Positions 55,115-64,000 of a DNA stretch of 64,000 bases are shown one piece after another. Each line of letters begins with the position of its first letter. Within the stretch, counting starts at the first letter, position 1. The translations under genes were made by a program, and so were the position numbers. This DNA comes from Phormidesmis sp. (GTDB lineage: Bacteria > Cyanobacteriota > Cyanobacteriia > Leptolyngbyales > Leptolyngbyaceae), in assembly GCA_965248535.1 (NCBI GenBank), contig CBDFJR010000005.1, positions 32,001 to 96,000 of the forward strand, in the 5' to 3' direction. A model generated the notes under the pieces. That model searched no databases, was not told the origin of the DNA, and worked only from the letters and a program-made list of their open reading frames with translations.

Positions 55115-57379
55115 ATGCCTATGAATCTTAAACGTTGGATCAATCCGCGCTCTTTAGCCTTTGAGTGCTGGCTAATATTTTTAGTTTGTGTCGCCATCTA
55201 TTTAGCAAATGGTAGAACGATTAGCAATCGGGATACATTTCCTAATACGATGCTAGCTTTTAATTGGATTTTTAATCATCAGCTTAATTTTGATGTTTTT
55301 CGAGAAAGCTATCTTTTCAATCGACCCGTTTGGTTTTTTGCCGAGTCCTTTAACGGTCATTTAACCTCTGTTTACCCGATCGGGGTCGCGATCGTAGCGT
55401 TCCCGTTCTATTTGATATTTTCTGGAGTTGTCTGGCTCAACAGTGTCACCCACGACAGTCTTTTGCATATAGGCACTGTCTCGTTGGATATCACTAGAGG
55501 AATTTTTGAGCCTGCTCGACTGCTGTTTGAGAAGTTTGCGGCAACTTTGATCACCGCGATCGCCGTCGTGATCTTCTATCTGGCTACGAATCTTAAATTC
55601 AATAAGTCTATCTGCATAATTCTCACCTTTACTTATGCCTTTGCGACTCAAACTTGGGTGACAGCCTCTCAAGGTTTGTGGCAACAAACGGGTGCAAATC
55701 TGGTGATCTGTAGCACTATTTTGTGTCTGCTAAAAGCAAACCGAACTCAAGGTAAAAACCAAAAAATTCTCTTATTGTTAGCCGGAATCTGTTGTGGCTT
55801 ACTGATCAGCATTCGTCCAACAGACATATTAGTTACGATCGCTCTCATTATTTACAGTCTATTAACCTATCGCCGCGAGTCTATTTTTCTATTTTTGGGT
55901 TTATCTTCAGTCTTAGTCAGTGTTAGCTGGAACTTCTATTATTTCAGCACATTTTTGCTAGGAGGATACTCTAACCAGACTAGTCTCTATTCATTTACGT
56001 TTGAGCAGTTTTTAAAGTCATTTCTAGGCATTCTAGTCAGTCCGAGTCGTGGCTTCTTTATTTTTTCGCCTGTGATGCTGTTTGCAATTCCTGGAGCATT
56101 TCAGGTGTTTAAGTTGCGTTCAGGTCGAGATGAGCGGCTTTTGCTGTGTCTAACGATCGCGAGTGTTGCTCTATTTCTAAACTACTGCTTTTTCACAGTC
56201 TGGTGGGGAGGCTGGACAGTTGGTTCTAGATTTATGGTTGACACTTTATCAGTGTTTTGTTTCTTAATGGGTTATCCATTAATGACTCATATTAAAAAAG
56301 TTTCAGAAGGGAGAAAAAGACTGTTTAACAGCAGTTTTGTTTGTTTTTTAACACTGATCTTGATCTCAACGTCGGTCGAAATTTCGAGTGCATTCACCGT
56401 ATCATCAGGAAATTACAATTGGGATACTGTTCCGGCAGTAATTGATACGAAGTCTAGTGTAGGAATGGGTAGGCTCTGGAGTTTTAGAGATAGCCCGATC
56501 GAGCGTAGTACAAGAAGCTTACTCTATAAATTCAAGCAAGATTCTGCGGTTTCTCCAGCTTATATTCAAGGGCTAGATGGCAAGATTAAACAAGTGCGTC
56601 TTGTAGATAAATCCTCTCCGTTAACCAAATTAGCGGGTGCCTCTGGTGCCTCTGAATTAGTGCAAGTAGATTTGCAAAATACAGGGACTTCTCAATGGAT
56701 AAATTATGCAGAGGGAGGCGGATCTGGGTCTATATTTGTGAGGATTCGTTTTTACGACGCAACCGGAAATATGGACAAACAAGGGCAATTGTTTGTTTTA
56801 GAATCGCCTCAAGCAGGGGAGCAAGCGACAGCGATCGGGTATATCAACTTTCCGATTAATTTAGGAACTTATCGCTTAGTGTTGGATTTAGTCAGTGAGA
56901 AACAGTTTCCTCAAGACTCAGATCATGTCTATGAATTACCTGTCGAGGTTAATTCAAATCAGCAAATTTTTTCTCAAGCATTTAGTGATATCAAAATGCC
57001 AAAAGAAATTGTGGCTGGAAAAACGTTTAAACTGTTTACGATCGCTGAAAGCCACAGCAACTTCACTTGGGCAACAAACTTTAAGGCTGCTGTTACTAAA
57101 ACCTTAAATCCGGTCGTGTTTTCCTATCGCTGGCTCACTCCACAAGGCAGGGTTGAAGTGGCTGAAGGAGAAAAAACTTCAATTCCCTGGAACGTCTTTT
57201 ATAATCGTAATTCTTTCTATGATATTTGTAATAGCATTGGCATTAGTGCCAGCATCAAAGTGCCCGATCGTCCGGGGGACTACATTCTTCGTTTAACAAT
57301 GGTGCAAGAAGGAGTCGGCTGGTTTGATGAAAAAGGCGCGAAACCGAAAGACATTCCAGTCACCGTAACTCAGAGTTAG
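55115..57379 (+). CDS. Multi-TM membrane protein, GT-C-like, with C-terminal Ig-like domains
   Basis: About ten hydrophobic segments (SPSRGFFIFSP, WWGGWTVGSRF) then beta-rich domains (QNTGTSQW; PGDYILRLTMVQEGVGWF). Confidence 0.65.
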   Translation: MPMNLKRWINPRSLAFECWLIFLVCVAIYLANGRTISNRDTFPNTMLAFNWIFNHQLNFDVFRESYLFNRPVWFFAESFNGHLTSVYPIGVAIVAFPFYLIFSGVVWLNSVTHDSLLHIGTVSLDITRGIFEPARLLFEKFAATLITAIAVVIFYLATNLKFNKSICIILTFTYAFATQTWVTASQGLWQQTGANLVICSTILCLLKANRTQGKNQKILLLLAGICCGLLISIRPTDILVTIALIIYSLLTYRRESIFLFLGLSSVLVSVSWNFYYFSTFLLGGYSNQTSLYSFTFEQFLKSFLGILVSPSRGFFIFSPVMLFAIPGAFQVFKLRSGRDERLLLCLTIASVALFLNYCFFTVWWGGWTVGSRFMVDTLSVFCFLMGYPLMTHIKKVSEGRKRLFNSSFVCFLTLILISTSVEISSAFTVSSGNYNWDTVPAVIDTKSSVGMGRLWSFRDSPIERSTRSLLYKFKQDSAVSPAYIQGLDGKIKQVRLVDKSSPLTKLAGASGASELVQVDLQNTGTSQWINYAEGGGSGSIFVRIRFYDATGNMDKQGQLFVLESPQAGEQATAIGYINFPINLGTYRLVLDLVSEKQFPQDSDHVYELPVEVNSNQQIFSQAFSDIKMPKEIVAGKTFKLFTIAESHSNFTWATNFKAAVTKTLNPVVFSYRWLTPQGRVEVAEGEKTSIPWNVFYNRNSFYDICNSIGISASIKVPDRPGDYILRLTMVQEGVGWFDEKGAKPKDIPVTVTQS

Positions 57380-57390
57380 CCCATTGACCT

Positions 57391-59307
57391 ATGGCGATCG
57401 TTCTAATTTTTGCTTCATTCCTATCAGCGATCGCAGCTTTTTACTGCAAAGAAAATTCGTTCAGACTAGCGTTTATTAAGGCATGTATCGTTCACGGCTG
57501 TCTGATTGTTTTTTCAACAGAGCTTTTGAGCTTGACGCGATCGCTAGATTTTACTCATGTCGCTTCTTTTTGGTTGATAGCTTGTTTAATCAATTTCTCA
57601 CTTTTTTGGCAATGCAACAAAAGATTATCAATTAGTAAATATTTTAGGTTTAAGTTAAGGCTTGAAGCGCTCGATCGTCCAAGTCAAATATCAATTACTG
57701 CCACTCTAGTTGTGCTGTTGATTAGTCTAATAACGGCCTTAATTGCGCCGCCCAACAATTGGGATTCGATGACTTATCATCTGCCTCGTGTAATGCACTG
57801 GATTCAAAATCGAACGGTTGCTCATTATCAAACTCACAACTTACGTCAAATTTCATTTCTTCCGGGTGCCGCTTATATTGTGACTCATTTGCAGATTTTA
57901 GCGGGTAGCGATCGCTTCGCAAATTGTGTGCAATGGCTCTCATTGGTTGGAAGCATTTTTGGCGTTTCGCTCATCACTAAGAAGCTAGTTGGAGAGCAAG
58001 CCCAGTGGATTAGTTTATTGCTTTGTGCCAGCATTCCAATGGCGATCGCTCAGTCAACAACCACTCAGATAGATCTAGTAACGAGTTTTTGGCTCGTTTG
58101 TTTTGTCTATTTTCTGTTTGCGGTTCCCAGCTTTCAATCAAATCTTTTTTGGATTATTAGTTCGCTTGGCTTGGCTTTAGTCACCAAGCCCACAGCAAGT
58201 ATTTTTGGGATTCCTTTATTTTTAATGCTTGGAACTCTCGTCTTTAGAAAGAGTTTCTTACGAAATCGCAGTATTGTTAGATCTCTCTTTAGTGTAGTTA
58301 TTTATAGCTCGATCGTAGGATTTTTTAGCCTAACGTTTCCGATTTGGAACTGGTACAGAAATGCTCAAACATTGAGTCAATTTCTGGGAATTGATACAGG
58401 CACTAGAAGTGAAATGCATAGCATCTCTGCGCTAGTGTCGGTTTTTTTAAAAAATCTATCACTCAATTTAATTTTGCCTGACTTTAGATCAATCATTGCA
58501 TGGACTCATAAATATTTTCTGAAGATTGATATCAATCATCCCGCTTTGACATTTGGTGATCCTGTAATTGCTTTTAATAGTGAAAAGACTGCGCCTCTCA
58601 ATCTGCTCTTCTCGATGGAAGACACGGTAGCGAACCCAATTCACCTAGTTTTAGGAGTCTTAGCCGTCGCTTATTTATGGATTTCCTACTTTCGTAAACC
58701 CGATCAAAAATTAAGAGGATTACTGCTTTTGTCAGGTGCGATCGCTCTAAGCTATTTACTATACTGCTATCTATTAAAATGGCAACCTTGGGGAAATCGA
58801 TTGATTCTTCCTTTGTTTATATTGCAAACTCCAATTATTAGCTATTACCTAGCAACTTGTCTCAAGAAAAGACACAATCTATCTGTCAAACTAACGAGCC
58901 TGATTGGAGTAGTAGCGGTTTTATATACCTTAACTCCTATTCGACATCCGCTCGTTTCTTTGCCGCACTGGTCACCCTATTTAGAATCTCAACAATCTGA
59001 GTCAATTCTGTTTCTGCCTCGTCAACAAATTTATTTTAGTGGCTCTCTTAAATATTTAGAAATTACCTATCAAAAAATTGTCAACACAGTGATCGATCAA
59101 GGGCAATGTCACACGATCGGGCTGATTTCTGAAGAAGACGACTGGGAATATCCACTCTGGGTTCTGTTCAATGCAAAAACATCAGGAAATTTTCGTCTCA
59201 AGCACGTAAACGTCAAAAATCAGTCTGCCAAGTTAGCACCAGAATTCTCTGACTCTGAGCTTTGTGCGATCGTCTCAACTAAGGGAGCGGTGCAGCTAAT
59301 TCATTAA
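57391..59307 (+). CDS. GT-C fold membrane glycosyltransferase (ArnT/PMT-like)
   Basis: PPNNWDSMTYHLPRVMHWIQ loop, many TM helices, KWQPWGNRL, DWEYPLW. Confidence 0.72.
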   Translation: MAIVLIFASFLSAIAAFYCKENSFRLAFIKACIVHGCLIVFSTELLSLTRSLDFTHVASFWLIACLINFSLFWQCNKRLSISKYFRFKLRLEALDRPSQISITATLVVLLISLITALIAPPNNWDSMTYHLPRVMHWIQNRTVAHYQTHNLRQISFLPGAAYIVTHLQILAGSDRFANCVQWLSLVGSIFGVSLITKKLVGEQAQWISLLLCASIPMAIAQSTTTQIDLVTSFWLVCFVYFLFAVPSFQSNLFWIISSLGLALVTKPTASIFGIPLFLMLGTLVFRKSFLRNRSIVRSLFSVVIYSSIVGFFSLTFPIWNWYRNAQTLSQFLGIDTGTRSEMHSISALVSVFLKNLSLNLILPDFRSIIAWTHKYFLKIDINHPALTFGDPVIAFNSEKTAPLNLLFSMEDTVANPIHLVLGVLAVAYLWISYFRKPDQKLRGLLLLSGAIALSYLLYCYLLKWQPWGNRLILPLFILQTPIISYYLATCLKKRHNLSVKLTSLIGVVAVLYTLTPIRHPLVSLPHWSPYLESQQSESILFLPRQQIYFSGSLKYLEITYQKIVNTVIDQGQCHTIGLISEEDDWEYPLWVLFNAKTSGNFRLKHVNVKNQSAKLAPEFSDSELCAIVSTKGAVQLIH

Positions 59308-59341
59308 CAACCATTAAATAAACTGTCTACATTAGTACTGT

Positions 59342-59869
59342 TTGATATACGATACTAAAAACATAAATACTCTAGATACTGATCTTGTGAAGCCAATCAA
59401 CGCCAATTCTCCTATAAACTCAGCGCCTCAACTGGATGCAAAAAGTGCCGCAAAAGAGCCATTCATGCCGATGCTGCGAGAGCTAGCACAAACCTATCAA
59501 GCATTTTGTGCCTACGATGAAGCCCACATTCGCGAGTTGGGGTTAACGCCTCCCCAGTTCGATGTGATCGCCACCCTCGGCAACACGCCGGGAATGTTTA
59601 TGAATCAACTAGCCGAAAAAACGCTGGTCACCAAAGGCACCTTAACCGGAATCATCGATCGCCTAGAGCAAAAAGGGTTAGTCAGACGCGAAGTGCCGCC
59701 TAAAAACCGTCGATGTTTCTTAATCGTCTTAACATCCGAAGGTGAGCAGCTATTTGAAACCGTGTTTCCTGCCCACATTGCTTACTTAAAACAGCGATTT
59801 GATCACCTGGATACGCAAGAACTATCTCAAATCAAATCGGCTCTGCAACGATTGCGAGAAATTCTCTAG
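59342..59869 (+). CDS. MarR-family regulator
   Basis: GLTPPQFDVI, TLTGIIDRLEQKGLVRR, LTSEGE; true start may be downstream (GTG 59387 or later). Confidence 0.9.
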   Translation: MIYDTKNINTLDTDLVKPINANSPINSAPQLDAKSAAKEPFMPMLRELAQTYQAFCAYDEAHIRELGLTPPQFDVIATLGNTPGMFMNQLAEKTLVTKGTLTGIIDRLEQKGLVRREVPPKNRRCFLIVLTSEGEQLFETVFPAHIAYLKQRFDHLDTQELSQIKSALQRLREIL

Positions 59870-59981
59870 CCGATCGTCAACGAGCAGAATTATTAACAAC
59901 GAGATTACTCAAAATCTGTCTAGGAGTCCGATCTACCGCTACAGTAAAAACGTATCTTGACCCAACGATCGGAGATAAACC

Positions 59982-61313
59982 GTGGACTCAATTTTAGAGC
60001 GGGCAAATGAGTTAAAGCAGGCATTGACAGATTTTGTCTTAGACGCTGAGGGAGACTTGGCGACGGCTCTAGAAACCTACACCGCCGAACAACTGGCACG
60101 ATCGCAGACAAAAGACCGCAAACAGCAAGATCTAGCCGTCGATGCTTTTTTGAGTGCCGGGCAGGTGGGCGATAAAACGCCAATTGACTTATTTATTGAG
60201 AGCGAATCGGGGCTATCTGAGCACGATCGCCACCTTCTCTCAAATTGGAAACGCGCCTTCACCGGACTGTTTGCGATTCAGCAAATTTTGCCAGACGGGT
60301 TTGAGTTAATGAATTGGCTAACAACCAAAATCTACATCGTCAAGCCCAATCATTTAGCAACGCTAGAAGAAATGGCGCGACTAAAAGTAGGAGAAATCTT
60401 GCTAACGCGAATCGCACCCGTTGATGATTACTGGACTTTCTTTAGCCCCTATATTCAGATGGGCAACTTAGGAAAGCCAAAACTAGCAGTCGCGATCGGG
60501 AACTTTAAACAGAATCACAAATCAGATTTGTATGGCGACGCGCCAGAGTTGCTCGAAGAAGCCTGGAAATCAGTCGATCGCTACCATCAAGACTTTCTAG
60601 ACTTTTTTGGCAGCGACGAAATCACGCTTCCTGGCTATCAACTCAGCAAAAAAATTCCTGAATTTCAAGAATTTCTCACCCAACGCCGTCTCGATGAAGC
60701 CGGAATCGACGGGTCTAAATCCCTATCCGAAATGGCTCAAGACGCGGGCATGAGCGACGAAGAACTAGGAGACGTTGCCGAGGCCATGGGCATGGATGCT
60801 CAATCCGCGACAAAGCTGCTTAAAACCAAAGATGCCGTCAAAATGGCAGCCCCGCAAATCGATATTCCGTCTGACCTCAAGAAAGCCGAGCAGGTAACAG
60901 TCCTAGCCCACCCGCGTTGGGGACAGATGTTTTTGACCACCCAGACTCAATTCATCACGCTGCTGCAAACCGACGACTGGAAAAGCGTCAAAGGGGCAGA
61001 CAAACTAATTCGCAACTATCTAGAATCGCCAGAAATCAACGCCTTTGTTTGGCATCGGTTAGCCCAGCAATATCCCATTCAGCTAGAAAAAGTCTTGCAA
61101 GGATTTTTGCAGCGCCCTGAGTTTAAGTTGAAGGCTGATCTAGACTCACTGCTACGATCGCACCACAAACCCCTAGAACCAGAACTGCCTGAAATTGCCA
61201 GTGTGCCCACTCACCTGCACGATCTGTTTCAAGCAGCTTTGGCAGACGTGACAAAATCGCAGCCCAAAACCAAGGGCGACAAGAAAGACACCAAAGGATT
61301 TCAGCGAGCTTGA
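59982..61313 (+). CDS. Hypothetical protein (443 aa)
   Basis: Long ORF with GGAG RBS and host-like HIP1 content; no motif recognised. Confidence 0.75.
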   Translation: MDSILERANELKQALTDFVLDAEGDLATALETYTAEQLARSQTKDRKQQDLAVDAFLSAGQVGDKTPIDLFIESESGLSEHDRHLLSNWKRAFTGLFAIQQILPDGFELMNWLTTKIYIVKPNHLATLEEMARLKVGEILLTRIAPVDDYWTFFSPYIQMGNLGKPKLAVAIGNFKQNHKSDLYGDAPELLEEAWKSVDRYHQDFLDFFGSDEITLPGYQLSKKIPEFQEFLTQRRLDEAGIDGSKSLSEMAQDAGMSDEELGDVAEAMGMDAQSATKLLKTKDAVKMAAPQIDIPSDLKKAEQVTVLAHPRWGQMFLTTQTQFITLLQTDDWKSVKGADKLIRNYLESPEINAFVWHRLAQQYPIQLEKVLQGFLQRPEFKLKADLDSLLRSHHKPLEPELPEIASVPTHLHDLFQAALADVTKSQPKTKGDKKDTKGFQRA

Positions 61314-62677
61314 TCGAGCGTTCTGACGGTCAAAACCTGGGGTGGCGTGGCATCGGGTGGATAGATAAAATCGACTGCTACCAGCCGCTGCTCTCCGGGT
61401 TTCATCGTCAGAGTTGCCAGGGGTTCGCCTTGCTGACCGCGACGCAGCACTAGGTGTACAAATCGCGTTTGGGGCAATCCGGCATCATCATTAAACCTTA
61501 GTCTAACCGTGCCTCTAAAGAAGACTTGACGAGCAGGCGGCTCAAAAAACCGCAGTCCTTGCTGGGTGTCTTCTCGCTTTAACGGGTTTTCTAGCGCGAT
61601 CGTCACCACCTGACTCTGGTTAGTAGCATTTCGCAGTGGCATCGACAAGTTATATCCAATCGCATAATTTCCGTGGGCTTCATAAGCCGTGTCGGGGTAG
61701 CGCCTGAGCAGTTTGGCGTTTTGATTTTGCCCCGTGCCCATCGTGCCCCGATAGAGCAAACTTAGCCCATAGGAAAAGGCCTGACCCGGTTGAGGAATGG
61801 CGAGGCGATCGCTGCCCTCATCCACCAATCGCCCAGACCACTGAGAACCCTGCGCGACTCCCGCCACTCGCCCATAGGCAAATGCCCCACTAGATTGAGA
61901 AATAGGCGTAGCCGCATCGTCACGAGGTGCCACTAGGTCACCCTGATCTAATAAAGTCTGCCATTCTTCTAACGTGGGTGCCCGTTCGCTGCCGTCAGAG
62001 TTTGGTTTGGCAAACATCCCCAAGCTGGCGACATAGACCTTGCCTGTGCTGCGAAGGTGCATCAGCGTCGATCGACCATTGAGCGGCGGCGTTAAAGTCT
62101 TCACCGGAATCGGGAGATTCATCAACAATCGACTTTCACCGGGCGGAATCACAATCTGAGGCGGAAAGATCGGTTGCCGCTGCCCTCTCAACACCTCACC
62201 AACGGCCCGCCCACCCGGCCCGGCAAACACCTTGCCTGTGGCGTTATCGACATAAGAAGGCAGATCGATAAAGGGCGCATCGGGCTGGCTGACATAGCTA
62301 GCAGCTTGCAAGATATCTAGGGTAACTGCCGTTTGTCCGGGATTGTAGACAATCACCCCTAGATAGAGAGTTCTGAGATCCTGCGGGGTTAACGCTTTAG
62401 CAATGTGATGAGCAAAGACATCAAAGCGGCCTTCAAAGGCTTGATTGAGGTGAGCAGAAGGCACTCGCTTGCCTGTTGAGGGAAAGGTCGAGAGCAGAAT
62501 TCCTTCGCTCTGCACCACTTCGGGACTGTTGCTGTTAAAGACCAAGACTGAATCAAGCTGACCCGGCAGCGATCGCACTTCTTGAGGCTTGACAATTTCT
62601 TGAGGAGGCAGAATCGGAGTTGCTTGTGCCAAGGTCAAAATCGGTAGGAATGACAACATTATCAAGCGTAGGATCAT
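61301..62677 (-). CDS. DUF3370 family secreted protein
   Basis: Signal-like N-terminus; VFNSNSPE, GILLSTFP, YPPDATPPQVLTV. Confidence 0.85.
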   Translation of the reverse strand: MILRLIMLSFLPILTLAQATPILPPQEIVKPQEVRSLPGQLDSVLVFNSNSPEVVQSEGILLSTFPSTGKRVPSAHLNQAFEGRFDVFAHHIAKALTPQDLRTLYLGVIVYNPGQTAVTLDILQAASYVSQPDAPFIDLPSYVDNATGKVFAGPGGRAVGEVLRGQRQPIFPPQIVIPPGESRLLMNLPIPVKTLTPPLNGRSTLMHLRSTGKVYVASLGMFAKPNSDGSERAPTLEEWQTLLDQGDLVAPRDDAATPISQSSGAFAYGRVAGVAQGSQWSGRLVDEGSDRLAIPQPGQAFSYGLSLLYRGTMGTGQNQNAKLLRRYPDTAYEAHGNYAIGYNLSMPLRNATNQSQVVTIALENPLKREDTQQGLRFFEPPARQVFFRGTVRLRFNDDAGLPQTRFVHLVLRRGQQGEPLATLTMKPGEQRLVAVDFIYPPDATPPQVLTVRTLDQAR

Positions 62678-62715
62678 TAAATTTGGGGGCGGGGCGGATC
62701 ATAACTTTGCTTTCG

Positions 62716-63735
62716 CTATCCGCCTTCAGGCAATGCACGTTGGACTTGGCTTAACTTAAATAAAAGTATCTTTCGTCTGTTGTGTAACATTAGAATCACT
62801 TCATGTTTTTGAGGATAACGCCGCTCAATATACTCAATAAAGTCATCTATCGTACAGGTTTTGGCATTCCCTCCGTTCCACTGATGGAAATTCTCACTCT
62901 CCTGCTTTGCAATCGTAATGATATTGTCTGGATCATTAGCAAGAAAATGATAAGTATTTTTGTCGTATAGATGATGACCGACCAGTTCTATCAGCCTATC
63001 TTCATACTTGTTACGAGCAACACCAGTAATTTGACAAGAACGATCTTTACTTTTTGCATAACGAACAGCTTTATCAACTTCCTTCTTTGATGGAGATGGG
63101 ACAAGAGCAAGAAACTTTAAAACTGGTGGAGCAACTTCTCCAACTCTTGTACAATATTCACGCCTCTCTTCAGCTAGCAAGCTGACAGATAACTCTATGC
63201 TCAATCTCTCCAAGCCAGACAAGGAGAAATAATCACTGCTCTCGCGACTTTCAAAATCCTCATTGATCCTCATTGGAGAGTCAGACCTCTGAATGCCTAG
63301 AAAAGCTGTGTTTAGCCTATAGACGGTTGTTTTGAATACCTTCACTACATCTTTACGGGTAAGCCAGTGACGTTGGTTTCTCAAAGCTAGAGATGAACTA
63401 TTCTCATACACTACCTGACGAACCTCTCCATCAATTCGATCGATACGATACCGCTCAATTAATGCGAAAACTTTTTTCAAGGCGAGTTCAGTTGCCTCAC
63501 CGCGCAAATCCAAATAGCTAGCAATTGCGATCGCTCCCTCCCGTGAAAAGATTCTTACTGGCTGCTTGCCTGTATATCCTTGTACTACAAAATGTAACCA
63601 TTCCTTGAGACGAAGGTTTTCATCAGAGGAAGCTGCCAGCAAATCTACTATTTCATCAAAATTCCTTTGTTCTAATTCAAAGGCTTTAGCAAGGCTTTCT
63701 TCTTCGACATAAAAGATTTCCCTATCAAAAGACAT
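62716..63735 (-). CDS. Hypothetical protein with C-terminal HNH-like nuclease domain
   Basis: CQITG...LVGHHLYD...DNIITI...FHQW; AT-rich. Confidence 0.65.
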   Translation of the reverse strand: MSFDREIFYVEEESLAKAFELEQRNFDEIVDLLAASSDENLRLKEWLHFVVQGYTGKQPVRIFSREGAIAIASYLDLRGEATELALKKVFALIERYRIDRIDGEVRQVVYENSSSLALRNQRHWLTRKDVVKVFKTTVYRLNTAFLGIQRSDSPMRINEDFESRESSDYFSLSGLERLSIELSVSLLAEERREYCTRVGEVAPPVLKFLALVPSPSKKEVDKAVRYAKSKDRSCQITGVARNKYEDRLIELVGHHLYDKNTYHFLANDPDNIITIAKQESENFHQWNGGNAKTCTIDDFIEYIERRYPQKHEVILMLHNRRKILLFKLSQVQRALPEGG

Positions 63736-63737
63736 GA

Positions 63738-64000
63738 TTATAATCCGGCAATAATGCTCTTGTACATAGTCTCTATTTGCTCAAAAACTTCTCTATCTCC
63801 AGTTTCTGCATTATCAGGGTGATAAATTTTGGAGAGTCGGTAATAAGAAGCTTTGATGTCATTTTTTGTCGCAGTTTTGGGATCTAACTCAAACACCTGC
63901 CAAGGTTTGAAGTATTGAAATACATTGATACCGTTAACATGACCGTACCCTTGCTGATTTTCTTCATTAGGGAGAATACCAACCAACTTTCGATACAGCG
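63738..64000 (-). CDS. Protein with C-terminal DnaJ domain (partial; start outside window)
   Basis: PWQVFELDP..DIKASYYRLSKIYHPDN, HPD motif. Confidence 0.8.
   Translation of the reverse strand, partial: LYRKLVGILPNEENQQGYGHVNGINVFQYFKPWQVFELDPKTATKNDIKASYYRLSKIYHPDNAETGDREVFEQIETMYKSIIAGL

Overview
A 64-kb chromosomal window from a cyanobacterium: the HIP1 octamer GCGATCGC is very frequent, and psaC and ftrV are present. hetR with an adjacent patX points to a filamentous lineage; no heterocyst-specific genes occur in this window. Most of it is housekeeping: gltBD, hflX, carB, sigD, mutY, grxC-gshB, glmS, acpP-fabF-tkt, purS, zur. An accessory island at about 9.43-13.85 kb holds a degenerate IS5-family element, an orphan ORF whose ribosome-binding site is locked in a perfect hairpin, a Tat-exported three-repeat beta-trefoil-like protein and a vapBC pair. 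The vapBC pair ends in an integron attC site that is split by a 700-nt ORF-less group IIC intron. A second decayed patch (42.0-43.8 kb) carries broken toxin-antitoxin genes and a ~250-bp IS200/IS605 miniature between psaC and its terminator. Other candidate systems are a fatty-acid-hydroxylase / Mpo1-like / amidohydrolase / ABC-exporter cluster, a flavoprotein-GtrA fusion followed by two GT-C-type membrane proteins, and an AT-rich DnaJ-domain plus HNH-nuclease pair at the right edge. Two single-base frameshifts, in carB and in an FAD oxidoreductase, may be sequencing errors. All calls come from reading the sequence; no searches were run.
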